Of a stretch of DNA of 32,000 nt, positions 8,927 through 18,726 are shown in pieces. The DNA lies in assembly GCF_000284455.1 (NCBI RefSeq), contig NC_017039.1, positions 2,940,001-2,972,000 on the forward strand. The letters are read 5' to 3'. The notes under the pieces are model-generated. The model ran no database searches, was not told the origin of the DNA, and saw nothing but the letters and a program-made list of their open reading frames with translations. The number at the start of each line of letters is the position of its first letter. Position 1 is the first letter of the stretch. This DNA comes from Synechocystis sp. PCC 6803 substr. PCC-P. Its GTDB lineage: Bacteria; Cyanobacteriota; Cyanobacteriia; Cyanobacteriales; Microcystaceae. Both the position numbers and the translations under genes were made by a program.

Positions 8927-10282
8927 ATGATTAACGGAAAGCCCCAACCTCTCCTTACTAGAGTGGGCACATGGACTGTTGGGGGACTTTTGGGGGGTTT
9001 AATTGGTTCTCTAGCCGCAGTAATGCTGACGGAATCAATTAAACAAACTCTCAGTGTTATTTCTGGATTGGACCCCATCTGGTTATTGCTCATTCCCTTA
9101 TTCGGTGTTGCTTTGGCCGTACTTGTCCTGTTTGGATTGGGTAAGGGTCAGCCTGTGCAAACCGTAGCGCCCCGGGAGGCCAATACCCCTGGTCGTTGGG
9201 GCTCTTTGCTGTCCTGGTATTCTTTTCCCCATGACATTGCCCGAGCCGATCTGACTGGCGATGTGGTGAATGCATCCGGGGTGGAAGAGCGCTTCCCCTG
9301 GAATTTAGCGCCATTGCGGGCCATTGCCATCCTTTCTACTGTGGGGTTTGGGGCTCCCATGGGAACGGAATCGCCAGCGGCCCATATTGGTTTTGCAACG
9401 GGAACTTGGTTGGGTAGTGTCAATTCAGCACTGCGCCCCTTGGTGCGACCTTTGGCGATCGGTGGCGGTGCGGCCAGTGTGTCCGCCCTAATGGGGATAC
9501 CGTTGGTGGGCAGTTTTTTTATGTTTGAGTTGAGTGGACGACGGCAGATCCCGTTGACCCCAGAGCGGGGAGCGGCAATGTTGGCTGGCGGCCTGGTGGG
9601 CTGGGGCATTAATGTTGCTTTTAATTTGCAATTGATCCGGCTTGTGGTGCCCAAGGTGCCTCCGGCGGATCTTTGGAATGCCATGGGTGCGACTCTGTTT
9701 ATCGGGGTGGTCACAGGTACAATTACAGCGCTGACGGGGGAAGCGATCTACTGGGCCAGAGGCCTGCGGACTAAACCTGCCATTCGCCTTCTGGCCGGTA
9801 GTTTGGCAATGTTATTACTGGCAGTGGCGATCGCCCAAATTGCTACTCCGGCGGCGGCGTTTGGTCCTGGGGGAGCAGCCATAGTCTGGGCGGAAAATAT
9901 TGAAACAACTCCCTATCACCTGCTGGCCGTGGCCATACTCCGGGCCGCTTCCACCACGGCGGCGGTTTTAGCTGGGGGGTGTGGCGGTGTTTTTGTTCCT
10001 TTTTTGGCGATCGGGGACCTGACTGGTCGGGTATTTGCCACCATATTTGGAATCTCGGGAGATTTGGCTGGGGCTGCCGGGGCCGCTGCTGGCATTGCCG
10101 GTGGCTATCGACTACCGTTAACTGCGGTGGCGATGGTGCTAGGGGTGGGAGGGCCAGAAACAGCCCAAATAACATGCCTGGGCACAGTGGTGATCGCCGC
10201 CTTTTCGGGATTACTGGCCGCACGCTTAGCCAATCAAGTTTCTAGTGCCATACGAACCATCGGCGCCAGAAATCACGGCTAG
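8927..10282 (+). CDS. ClC (voltage-gated chloride channel) family protein, short form without CBS domains
   Basis: 451-aa polytopic membrane ORF. ClC-like motifs are GFGAPMGTESPAAHIG (the GxEGP-type motif with a glutamate) and GGCGGVFVPFLAIG (GxFxP). It is GC-rich and HIP1-containing like the host genes. Confidence 0.75.
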   Translation: MINGKPQPLLTRVGTWTVGGLLGGLIGSLAAVMLTESIKQTLSVISGLDPIWLLLIPLFGVALAVLVLFGLGKGQPVQTVAPREANTPGRWGSLLSWYSFPHDIARADLTGDVVNASGVEERFPWNLAPLRAIAILSTVGFGAPMGTESPAAHIGFATGTWLGSVNSALRPLVRPLAIGGGAASVSALMGIPLVGSFFMFELSGRRQIPLTPERGAAMLAGGLVGWGINVAFNLQLIRLVVPKVPPADLWNAMGATLFIGVVTGTITALTGEAIYWARGLRTKPAIRLLAGSLAMLLLAVAIAQIATPAAAFGPGGAAIVWAENIETTPYHLLAVAILRAASTTAAVLAGGCGGVFVPFLAIGDLTGRVFATIFGISGDLAGAAGAAAGIAGGYRLPLTAVAMVLGVGGPETAQITCLGTVVIAAFSGLLAARLANQVSSAIRTIGARNHG

Positions 10283-10388
10283 GAAACGGAGACTGAGAGT
10301 GAGTTGAAAAAGTCGAACTGAGGAAATTTATCTTCCTTTTGAAGGGAAATTTTGCCGACATTTTTTCCCGGGTGAGGGGATTGGGGAT

Positions 10389-12083
10389 TTATTGTCCGGA
10401 AGAATCCGAAGATTGAACCCGAAAGGGGGGAGCCACATAATCTGAAGGTAAGTAATTCTCTGGCATGGTAGATGTATTTCCATCCCGCAGGGCAGTGAAG
10501 CTGGGTGACAAAATTTCAATGCCGACTTCATTACACTTGTCTTGCATATTTTGATGTAGTTCTGAATAAATTATCACCATTAAATTGGGCTGATTGGTGT
10601 AGGCATTTAGCTGGTAGCTGACATAAAAATTGTCCAGACTAGTCTGTAGGACGAAAGGGACAGGACTCTTGAGAATATGTTCAGTATTTAAGGCGGCCTC
10701 GATTAGGGTTGAGTAAACTTTTTGCCAAGGGACATCATAGCCCAAGGTAATTGTTGTCTGAAGAATCAAATACTTATTCAATTCCCGTGAAGAAATACTA
10801 TAATTAATCACATTACTAATCAATAGAGATGAATTGGGAATAGTAATAATTTGATTTGTTGGGGTACAAATACGAATAACTAAAAAGTTTTTCTCTATGA
10901 TGTCTCCAATAACATCCCCCACTTGAATATGGTCGCCAATCTGAAAAGCACGGGTATAGATAAGAATAATTCCTCCAATTACATTGGTGATTGCTGAAGT
11001 AGAACCGAGGGATAGAAGAAGACCAAGAAAAACAGAGATACCCCGAAAAGCAGGGGAATCAAAACCAGGCAGATAGGGAAAAGCTAACACCGCCGCTAGA
11101 GCAATGATAATAAATAAGAGAAGATTGTAGGTAGGCTTAGCCCAATCAGTATAAAATCCTGGTATGACAAGATTTCCCCTTTCTATAGCCGTAAAAAAAG
11201 GTTTAATTATCCGAATTAGGTAGTAAGTAAGAAAGATAATTATGGCAATAATGAAAGCATTGGGCAGGTATTTACTAATCCCAGATAAAACCAATTCCAA
11301 GGACTGAAATAAATGGTCTACAATGCTTTCTCCAAAAACCTTCGTCCAAGGAAACAAGCGTAGGACAAAGGCAACATAGGAAAATAGAAGTAACAATAGG
11401 AAAACTAGACGAATTATCTGAAGAATTCGCAGACCTAAAAAACTTATTTTAGAGGAAGATATAATCTCAGCATTTTGTATTTTAATGCCCGGTACATGGA
11501 ATTCTATCAATGCCCTAAACCATGGAAATAGCTTTCCTGAAAGTTTGATAATTAAAAAAACAGTGCTCAAAAAAGCAAAGCTGGCTATGGCGGTATAGAT
11601 GATGTTTCTTAATAATTGCTCAGGTCTTCGGGCTTGGCGATATTGTTCAATAGCATCTTTAATGCTTTGCAGAGCATCTCGGGCTAAAACTTCTGGGGTA
11701 GAAAAATAAGCCCTTGCATCCTGTTCAGTTATCGTTAGAATTACTTCTTTGTCTAAACTTAAATAAAGTGAATTATCATAGGGATTCGGTGCAATTTTTA
11801 GGTTTTCGAGAGCAATAGAGTAATTTTGGGCAATTCTTTTAATTCTTTGCGTAATGGCGTTGGCCCTATCCTCAGCTGAAAACGAAGAAACTCCCCTCCG
11901 AATAAAGAAGATAGGTCTGCCATCGAGGGTGACTGGAAAGCCGTCAATTGCATTTTCCGTTTGTGTTTGACTTTGGAGCACTCCTGATTGTGCCGAATTT
12001 TGTGCAACACCTACGGTGGGGATAGTTAGCACTAGTAGTAAAAATATGGTAAATGTCACCAACATGTGACCAATTCTTTTCAT
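10389..12083 (-). CDS. mechanosensitive ion channel (MscS family) with N-terminal signal peptide and extra-cytoplasmic domain
   Basis: 564-aa ORF. The MscS core signature is ITNVIGGIILIYTRAFQIGDHIQVGDVIGDIIEKNFLVIRICTPTNQIITIPNSSLLISNVINYS (TM3 plus beta domain). The N-terminus MKRIGHMLVTFTIFLLLVLTIPTVGVA is signal-like. It is markedly AT-richer than its neighbours. Confidence 0.85.
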   Translation of the reverse strand: MKRIGHMLVTFTIFLLLVLTIPTVGVAQNSAQSGVLQSQTQTENAIDGFPVTLDGRPIFFIRRGVSSFSAEDRANAITQRIKRIAQNYSIALENLKIAPNPYDNSLYLSLDKEVILTITEQDARAYFSTPEVLARDALQSIKDAIEQYRQARRPEQLLRNIIYTAIASFAFLSTVFLIIKLSGKLFPWFRALIEFHVPGIKIQNAEIISSSKISFLGLRILQIIRLVFLLLLLFSYVAFVLRLFPWTKVFGESIVDHLFQSLELVLSGISKYLPNAFIIAIIIFLTYYLIRIIKPFFTAIERGNLVIPGFYTDWAKPTYNLLLFIIIALAAVLAFPYLPGFDSPAFRGISVFLGLLLSLGSTSAITNVIGGIILIYTRAFQIGDHIQVGDVIGDIIEKNFLVIRICTPTNQIITIPNSSLLISNVINYSISSRELNKYLILQTTITLGYDVPWQKVYSTLIEAALNTEHILKSPVPFVLQTSLDNFYVSYQLNAYTNQPNLMVIIYSELHQNMQDKCNEVGIEILSPSFTALRDGNTSTMPENYLPSDYVAPPFRVQSSDSSGQ

Positions 12084-12420
12084 ATATTATCCAGCAGAAA
12101 ATAGTATAATTATAATCAAAGATTTTCGACCCATATCAACAGATAGTACGAAATTAATAGCGTTAATTTCAATGGCTAATCCTGCAAGATTAATTGACGT
12201 TTCATCCCTGTTAAACATTGATTATTTATATTATCAATCTACTTGGTCATTAACCATTACATTATGCTCAAAAAGTTATCCTTGCCTTAAACGGCGATCG
12301 CCTGGGGCCACTGACTTGGCGGGTTCATAGGGGATGGAGCCATACAGTCATAGAATGGAGTGCCCCAGGAGCTTTGTTTTCCTAGCTGATTCTTCCATTC
12401 AGTCCAAGCAAAATTTGACC

Positions 12421-13917
12421 ATGAAAGCAATTATGGTGGTGGGTACCACATCCCATGCAGGCAAGTCCTTTTTGACCACAGGGCTATGTCGTCTGCTCCG
12501 TCGTCGGGGCGATCGGGTCACCCCCTTTAAGGGACAAAACATGGCCCTGAATGCCTTTGTCACCATTGATGGAGGGGAAATGGGCCATGCCCAAGCAGTG
12601 CAGGCCTGGGCAGCGGGGACTGTTCCCAGGGTAGCGATGAATCCAATTTTGCTCAAACCCCAGGGGGATATGACTTCCCAGGTGATTATGTTGGGCCAGG
12701 CCGTAGGTACAACCAGGGCCCAGGAATATTACCAGAATTACTTTGACCGAGGCTGGCAGGCGATCGCCAACTCTTTAGAGACCCTAGCCCAGGATTTTGA
12801 CGTAGTGGTATGCGAAGGGGCAGGCAGTCCAGCAGAAATTAACCTCAAACATCGAGACTTGACCAATATGCGTGTGGCCACCCATCTCCAGGCCGCCACC
12901 ATTCTCATTGCAGATATTGACCGGGGTGGGGTCTTTGCCCATGTGGTCGGTACATTGCAACTGTTAGAGCCGGAGGAAAGAAAATTAATTAAGGGTATTG
13001 TTATCAACAAATTTCGCGGCCAACGTTCCCTGCTGGACAGCGGGATTACTTGGTTGGAAGAATATACCGGCATTCCTGTTTTGGGTGTCATTCCCTACGG
13101 GCAAAATCTTTTCTCCGCCGAAGATTCCCTCGATATACTAGAAAGAAGTGGCCGCCCCAGCAAAGAAGATATTCGCATAGTAGTACTGCGCTTGCCCCGC
13201 ATTGCCAACTTTACTGACTTCGAGCCCTTGGAGGCGGAATCCGGTGTTTACGTGGATTATCTTCCCTTAGAAAAGCAACTAGGCAACCCCGACGCCGTAA
13301 TTATTCCCGGCAGTAAAACCACGATCGCCGATCTGCAAGCGCTACAAAATAGTGGCATGGCGCAGCAAATTATGGATTATGCCCAAGCTGGAGGGACTGT
13401 GATGGGCATTTGTGGCGGCTATCAAATGCTGGGGCAAACCATTGCCGATCCGGAAAACATAGAAGGCAATGTCAGTAATTGCCAAGGGTTGGGGCTTTTA
13501 CCCCTAACCACGGTTATTAACCAAGAAAAAATTACCCGCCAATGTCAGACCATCACCCACGCTCCCCCATCAGGTTTAACTGTCACTGGCTATGAAATCC
13601 ACCAGGGACTAAGTCGGCGATCGGAGCATAGCCAAGACTTTCTGCCCATGTTTGACCAAGAAGAGCTGGGCATGGTCAATGCCCAACAAAACCTTTGGGG
13701 CTGCTACCTCCACGGCCTATTCGATAACGGTGCTTGGCGACGGTGCTGGTTAAATAATTTACGTCAACGACGGGGCTTGGACCCATTACCAACCTCCATT
13801 GGTAATTATCAAGAACAACGGGAAGGTATGTTAGATTCATTAGCGGATTTTGTTGAAACCCATGTCAACCTTGAGCCGATTTTACAATCTCTCCCAGAGG
13901 AAAATGAGACACCTTAA
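12421..13917 (+). CDS. cobQ: cobyric acid synthase
   Basis: The ORF-track frame opens at 12334. The conserved CobQ N-terminus MKAIMVVGTTSHAGKSFLTTGLCR begins at the ATG at 12421. A C-terminal GATase-1-like domain (GICGGYQMLG ... GYEIHQG) is present. Confidence 0.9.
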   Translation: MKAIMVVGTTSHAGKSFLTTGLCRLLRRRGDRVTPFKGQNMALNAFVTIDGGEMGHAQAVQAWAAGTVPRVAMNPILLKPQGDMTSQVIMLGQAVGTTRAQEYYQNYFDRGWQAIANSLETLAQDFDVVVCEGAGSPAEINLKHRDLTNMRVATHLQAATILIADIDRGGVFAHVVGTLQLLEPEERKLIKGIVINKFRGQRSLLDSGITWLEEYTGIPVLGVIPYGQNLFSAEDSLDILERSGRPSKEDIRIVVLRLPRIANFTDFEPLEAESGVYVDYLPLEKQLGNPDAVIIPGSKTTIADLQALQNSGMAQQIMDYAQAGGTVMGICGGYQMLGQTIADPENIEGNVSNCQGLGLLPLTTVINQEKITRQCQTITHAPPSGLTVTGYEIHQGLSRRSEHSQDFLPMFDQEELGMVNAQQNLWGCYLHGLFDNGAWRRCWLNNLRQRRGLDPLPTSIGNYQEQREGMLDSLADFVETHVNLEPILQSLPEENETP

Positions 13918-13934
13918 ATCAACAGTTTTTTAAC

Positions 13935-14981
13935 ATGATGAAACGAATTGCTGTAGAAGAAGCTTTTGTTACCCAGGAGATTGCTGATGAGTGGGCAAAT
14001 GTCATTGCAACGGGGGCAAAAAACGAACCAGGTTTTCGTAAAATGGGCGAAACGATTCTGGCGGATAGTCCCGGCACAAGAATTATCCACGAACGACTAA
14101 TAGACCTCGGTGCTGGACGTATTGCTCACATGGATGCGACTGGCATTGATATACAAGTTATTTCTATTACCTCTCCAGGCGTACAGGTATTTGAGCCTGA
14201 GTTGGCCACAACCCTTGCCCGACAGGCCAATGATCAATTAAGTGAGGCCATCAAAAATCATCCTGATCGTTTTGCGGGACTGGCGGCGGTGGCCCCTCAA
14301 TCTCCCCAAACCGCTGCCCTAGAAATTGAGCGAGCCATACAGAAACTTGGGCTGTGTGGTGTATTGATCAATTCCCACACCGGTGGAGAATACCTCGATG
14401 ACCAGAAATATTGGGAAATTTTCGCCGCCGCCGAGGCCAACAGTGCCCCCATTTATCTTCACCCTCGAACCCCTTCCCCAGAGATGATTTCTCCCTTTCT
14501 AGACTATGGACTCTATTTTGCAGGCTGGGGATTTACTGTCGAAACTGCAACCCACGGTTTACGTCTCATTATGGGCGGCGTATTCGATCATTTTCCCAAA
14601 TTAACAATTGTTTTGGGCCATATGGGGGAAGGATTACCATACTGGTTACAAAGGTTAGATAACCGTTATTCGCTCCAGGTAGAAATTGGCGCAGTGCCTA
14701 AAATGCCTCGTCTACCCAGCGAATATTTCAAAGATCACTTTCTCATCACCACCAGTGGGGTTTGTTCCCCACCCGCTCTGCGCCATGTGTTAGAAGTGCT
14801 TGGTTCCGACGCCGTACTCTTTGCTGCGGATTATCCGTATGAGTCAGTTGAAGAGGCTGTTTCTTTCTTGGATAATGCACCAATTTCCGATCAGGAAAGA
14901 CGCAAAATCTACCAAACAAATGCCGAAAAATTATTTAGATTAGGAAGCACTAATGGCAGTAACGATACACTTTTTGCCTGA
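13935..14981 (+). CDS. amidohydrolase_2 family protein, non-oxidative aromatic-acid decarboxylase-like (gamma-resorcylate/LigW-like)
   Basis: 348-aa ORF. Motifs IAVEEAF (N-terminal strand), IYLHPR, IVLGHMGEGLPYW, LITTSG and AADYPYE match the layout I recall for this decarboxylase subgroup of the amidohydrolase superfamily. Confidence 0.8.
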   Translation: MMKRIAVEEAFVTQEIADEWANVIATGAKNEPGFRKMGETILADSPGTRIIHERLIDLGAGRIAHMDATGIDIQVISITSPGVQVFEPELATTLARQANDQLSEAIKNHPDRFAGLAAVAPQSPQTAALEIERAIQKLGLCGVLINSHTGGEYLDDQKYWEIFAAAEANSAPIYLHPRTPSPEMISPFLDYGLYFAGWGFTVETATHGLRLIMGGVFDHFPKLTIVLGHMGEGLPYWLQRLDNRYSLQVEIGAVPKMPRLPSEYFKDHFLITTSGVCSPPALRHVLEVLGSDAVLFAADYPYESVEEAVSFLDNAPISDQERRKIYQTNAEKLFRLGSTNGSNDTLFA

Positions 14982-15192
14982 CGATGTGACGGTAGCGGCC
15001 CGGGTAGGGGAACCAATCTTAGATGTGGCAGAGAGGGCTGGCGTATTTATTCCCACGGGCTGTTTAATGGGTTCCTGCCATGCTTGCGAAGTGGAACTAG
15101 GGGATGGCACTCCCATTTGCGCTTGTATTAGTGCGGTGCCAGTAGGGGTACAGGAATTAGAAATTAATCTTTATGATGATCTCACCTGGTAG
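14953..15192 (+). CDS. small 2Fe-2S ferredoxin-like protein (79 aa)
   Basis: The ATG is preceded by AGGAAG at about 7 nt. The Cys pattern is C-x4-C-x2-C (CLMGSCHAC) plus a downstream CAC. It overlaps the 3' end of the preceding CDS by 29 nt in another frame. Confidence 0.7.
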   Translation: MAVTIHFLPDDVTVAARVGEPILDVAERAGVFIPTGCLMGSCHACEVELGDGTPICACISAVPVGVQELEINLYDDLTW

Positions 15193-15306
15193 TCTTTTAC
15201 TGTTTTGAAACTGATTTCCGCATATTGAATCGCAGTAAATATTAGCCCCACCCACAAAATTTGGCTTGCTAGGTTAAGCAGGTGAGACTATTGCTTTTTT
15301 AGCAGA

Positions 15307-15768
15307 TTAAATCTCTTCAAATCGGAGATTAAGGTTAATGGTGTCAGGGCCAAGCATGGTTCCCTGAATAACCAACACCACTGCTTTGCTTGAATCTTTG
15401 GGAGTTAAAGTTAACGTTGCCGGAGTATCAAAGACAATGCTGAAGCCCCAATCTCCCTGAGTTGTGTTGATGGTTCTTTCTGCGTAGCCCATTTTGGTCA
15501 GAGCGTCTTGGTAAAACTTCACCGTGGGGGCTGGTTTACCCTGGGCTTGAAAATTTAGGCCCTGTTGTCCATAGGCATTGGCCATGAACATGCTACCTAC
15601 ATTCTTGGGACTACCCTGGGGTCGGGGGAGTTTCACCAAAATATCTGCGCTGTTAGCTTGGCTAACCAGAAAAGGACGAGCTTCAGCTTCAACAACAGCA
15701 GGAACTTGTTCAATGGTGTTTGCGGGCATAATCCCTAACAAAGCGGTTAAAAGAGGGAATAATGACAT
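15307..15768 (-). CDS. hypothetical secreted protein (153 aa)
   Basis: ORF with an N-terminal hydrophobic signal-like segment MSLFPLLTALLGIMPA. No domain is recognised. Confidence 0.55.
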   Translation of the reverse strand: MSLFPLLTALLGIMPANTIEQVPAVVEAEARPFLVSQANSADILVKLPRPQGSPKNVGSMFMANAYGQQGLNFQAQGKPAPTVKFYQDALTKMGYAERTINTTQGDWGFSIVFDTPATLTLTPKDSSKAVVLVIQGTMLGPDTINLNLRFEEI

Positions 15769-15863
15769 AATTTTGCTATTTTCTAGAAATTATTCCAAGT
15801 ATACTTCCTGAAAACAGTAGTGTAGAATCCTTGTCCAGCAACTATGGATTTGAGGCATAGGTT

Positions 15864-17315
15864 TTAAGAAATACGGTGAATCTTGAGGAAATTAGTGCCC
15901 CTGGGTATTTTAGTGGGAATTCCCGCCATGATTAGCAACTGATCGCCCTTTTCCACCATTTTTCTATCCCGCAGTAGTACCTCCGCCTGTTGGATTAAAT
16001 CCTCAAAGGTGTCAAATTCTTCGTTAATTAAAAAGGGAATAATACCCCAAACTAAGTTGAGGCTATGGTAAACCTTTTCTGAGGGAGTGAAAGCAATCAC
16101 CGGCACCGACGGTCTTTGGTTGGAAGCGAGGAGAGAAGTAAAACCTGAGGTGGTGAACGTGACAATGTATTTTAAATCTAGAATTCCGTCAATTACCACT
16201 AACGCTTCACTTAGGGCATGGGTTTCCGTATTTTCTATTGGGGGATTATTAACAAGATGTAGACCCACTTCCGTCTCTTCGGCAATTTTTCGCAACATTT
16301 GCACTGATTTAACGGGATATTGTCCCACTGCCGATTCCCCCGATAACATCACCGCATCGGTGCCGTCCAAAATAGCGTTGGCCACGTCACTGGCTTCCGC
16401 CCTGGTGGGTCGGGAATTTTGAATCATGCTATCTAGCATTTGGGTAGCGGTGATGACCGGAATGGCCCGCACGTTACAGCGCCGAATAATTTCCTTTTGC
16501 AAACGGGGAACCTTTTCTGGGTTTACTTCCACCCCCAGATCCCCCCTGGCCACCATAATGCCGTTGGAAACTGCCACGATTTCTTCTAGATTATCGATCG
16601 CCTGGGGTTTTTCAATTTTGGCAATGACCGGCAGATCAGGATGGCCCCGTTCAGCGAGAAATTGTTTAAGGGTGTGGATATCTTCCCCTTTGCGGACAAA
16701 ACTAAGGGAAACCCAGTCAATGCCTTGGCTCAAACCAAATTCTAAGTCTTGCTTGTCTTTGGTCGTCATGGAAGGTAGGGTTAGGACTAAACCCGGTAGA
16801 TTGACCCCTTTGCGACTTTTGAGGATGCCCCCGGTCACCACTTCACAAATTACCTCTGGATCTTGAATGGACACAACTTTCATTTCCAGTAAACCATCGT
16901 CCAATAAAATTCTTTCCCCTACTTTTGCCTCCGTCGCCAAATGGGGATAGTCAATGCCCACCGCTCCAGGATGGCGATCGCCAATTTCCACCGGCACCAA
17001 AGAAACTTTTTCCCCTTCCCGCAGTTGCTTTTCTCCCCCCGGCAACTGACCAATCCGAATTTTGGGCCCCTGTAAATCTTGCAAAAGGGTAATGGGGGTG
17101 TCCATTTCCTGCTCCACTGACCGTAGTAGGCGAACCATGGTGGCATGGTCCTCATAACTACCGTGGGAAAAATTCAGCCGGGCCACATTCATGCCCGCAT
17201 CCACCATCTGACGTATCACCTCTACCGAACTACTGGCGGGGCCAATGGTGGCCACAATTTTGGTGCGATGACTTAGGGGTCTCATAAACTTCACCGGGTT
17301 AATCAGGGCTGGCAC
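15864..17315 (-). CDS. pyk: pyruvate kinase
   Basis: Motifs [30 protein letters not shown]-like ([13 protein letters not shown]) and [10 protein letters not shown]. The true start may be the internal ATG at 17285 ([11 protein letters not shown]). Confidence 0.92.
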
Positions 17316-17357
17316 TGGAATTTTAGTCCAACTTACTGAGGAGGAATTAAGGGAATG

Positions 17358-18596
17358 TTATGGAGCCGCCATCCCCTGGGCCGCCAACCAAGCCGTAGTC
17401 CAGGCATTTTGAAAATTAAAACCGCCGGTAATACCATCTACGTCGAGGATTTCCCCGGCAAAATATAATCCAGGGCAACAACGGCTAGCCATGGTCTTAA
17501 AATCCACTTCCTTGAGGGTAATGCCCCCACAGGTGACAAATTCTTCTTTGAACACCCCTTTACCTTTGATCTGACAGTGGTAGCGGTGGATATTCTCTGT
17601 TAGTTGTCGCTCCTGAACCTTGGAAAAATCGGCCCAACATTGCCCCGGTTTAATACCAGCCTGGGTCGTCAACCTCTGCCAAAGTCGTTTAGGTAAAGCA
17701 GTGGCGGTAAAGTTAGCGATTTGTTTGCGGGGATGGCTTTGCTTTGTTGCTCGCCATTGGGCCATGGATTCCAGGGGAGTCACTTTAGGCAGCCAGTTGA
17801 TCCAGAGGGAATGGTCATAACCCGATGCCTGTAATTGTCTTGCTCCCCAGGCAGATAGCTTTAACACCGCTGGGCCGCTCAGCCCCCAATGGGTAATCAA
17901 CACCGGGCCCTGGTGACAATAGATTCCTTTAAATTTTGGGTCTAAACTCACTAGGGCGTTTTCCACACTCACCCCGGCCAGATCGGTCAACTGGGCGTTT
18001 GGAATGTTAAAGGTAAACAGGGAAGGCACCGGAGCTTGGATGGTATGACCCAATTGTGCTGCCCAGCGATAGCCCAAGGGATTACTGCCCGTGGCCAATA
18101 ACAGGCGATCGCCATTAATGATTTCCCCCGATTTAAGCGTTACTTGGAATTGCTCCCCCAGTTTTTCCAGCCCTTGCACTGGCGATCGATTTCTTAACTC
18201 CACTCCTGATCGCCGGGCCGCCGACAGCAAACAATCCACAATGGTGCCTGAGTCATCGGTAACGGGAAACATCCGCCCATCTGCTTCCGTTTTGAGTTGC
18301 ACCCCCTCCGCCCCAAACCAGGCGATCGTTTGCTGGGGTTGAAAACGACTGAACGCTCCCCGCAACGCCTTACCCCCCCGGGGATAGTTTTGCACTAACT
18401 GGGTCGGGTCAAAGCAATGGTGGGTCACATTACAACGTCCCCCCCCAGAAATGCGGACTTTAGCCAGGAATTTCGACCCCGCCTCCAACAAAATTACTCT
18501 ACCCTCCGGCAGATTTCTGGCACAGTTAATCGCCCCAAAAAAGCCAGCTGCTCCTCCCCCGACCACAATCACAGTTCTTGTCATAGTTTTGACCAA
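17358..18596 (-). CDS. HI0933/BaiN-like FAD-dependent flavoprotein (aminoacetone-oxidase family)
   Basis: 412-aa ORF. It has the dinucleotide fold VIVVGGGAAGFFGAI, SGGGRCNVTH and the C-terminal GLYFAGEILDVDGITGGFNFQ. Confidence 0.85.
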   Translation of the reverse strand: MVKTMTRTVIVVGGGAAGFFGAINCARNLPEGRVILLEAGSKFLAKVRISGGGRCNVTHHCFDPTQLVQNYPRGGKALRGAFSRFQPQQTIAWFGAEGVQLKTEADGRMFPVTDDSGTIVDCLLSAARRSGVELRNRSPVQGLEKLGEQFQVTLKSGEIINGDRLLLATGSNPLGYRWAAQLGHTIQAPVPSLFTFNIPNAQLTDLAGVSVENALVSLDPKFKGIYCHQGPVLITHWGLSGPAVLKLSAWGARQLQASGYDHSLWINWLPKVTPLESMAQWRATKQSHPRKQIANFTATALPKRLWQRLTTQAGIKPGQCWADFSKVQERQLTENIHRYHCQIKGKGVFKEEFVTCGGITLKEVDFKTMASRCCPGLYFAGEILDVDGITGGFNFQNAWTTAWLAAQGMAAP

Positions 18597-18726
18597 CCTT
18601 TATCTCTGGATTTCACTGGAAAATGGATCTAATCACCCCAAAAATCCCTTTAAAAAACTTAACAAATACGGAACTCCCCACCGGCAAAAACCCTATGCCC
18701 CCCGTCCCAACCTGTACAATGAAGAG

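Noticed and set aside
9148-9714. Long antisense ORFs inside real genes (e.g. 9148-9714, 9843-10223, 12738-13091, 16087-16866, 21206-21532, 22598-22969, 28531-29092)
   Set aside because: They are all embedded opposite well-supported genes. Their translations are Arg/Pro/Gly-rich and low in complexity. This is typical of chance open frames in GC-rich coding DNA.
10389-12083. Absence of HIP1 (GCGATCGC) in the MscS gene as proof of foreign origin
   Set aside because: HIP1-free gaps of similar or larger size occur in clearly native DNA in this window, for example about 12.8-16.9 kb including pyk. HIP1 absence alone is therefore not significant. Only the GC and codon skew is retained as evidence.
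12084-12420. Possible cobalamin riboswitch upstream of cobQ (a GCCACTG heptamer at about 12308)
   Set aside because: Only this short match is present. I could not find a B12-box-like element or the surrounding conserved helices. A covariance-model scan would be needed, and I expect it to be negative.
12334-12420. 29-codon N-terminal extension of cobQ in the ORF track
   Set aside because: The conserved CobQ N-terminus (MKAIMVVGTTSHAGKS) starts at the ATG at 12421. The extension (MEPYSHRMECPRSFVFLADSS...) has no counterpart in the family as I know it.
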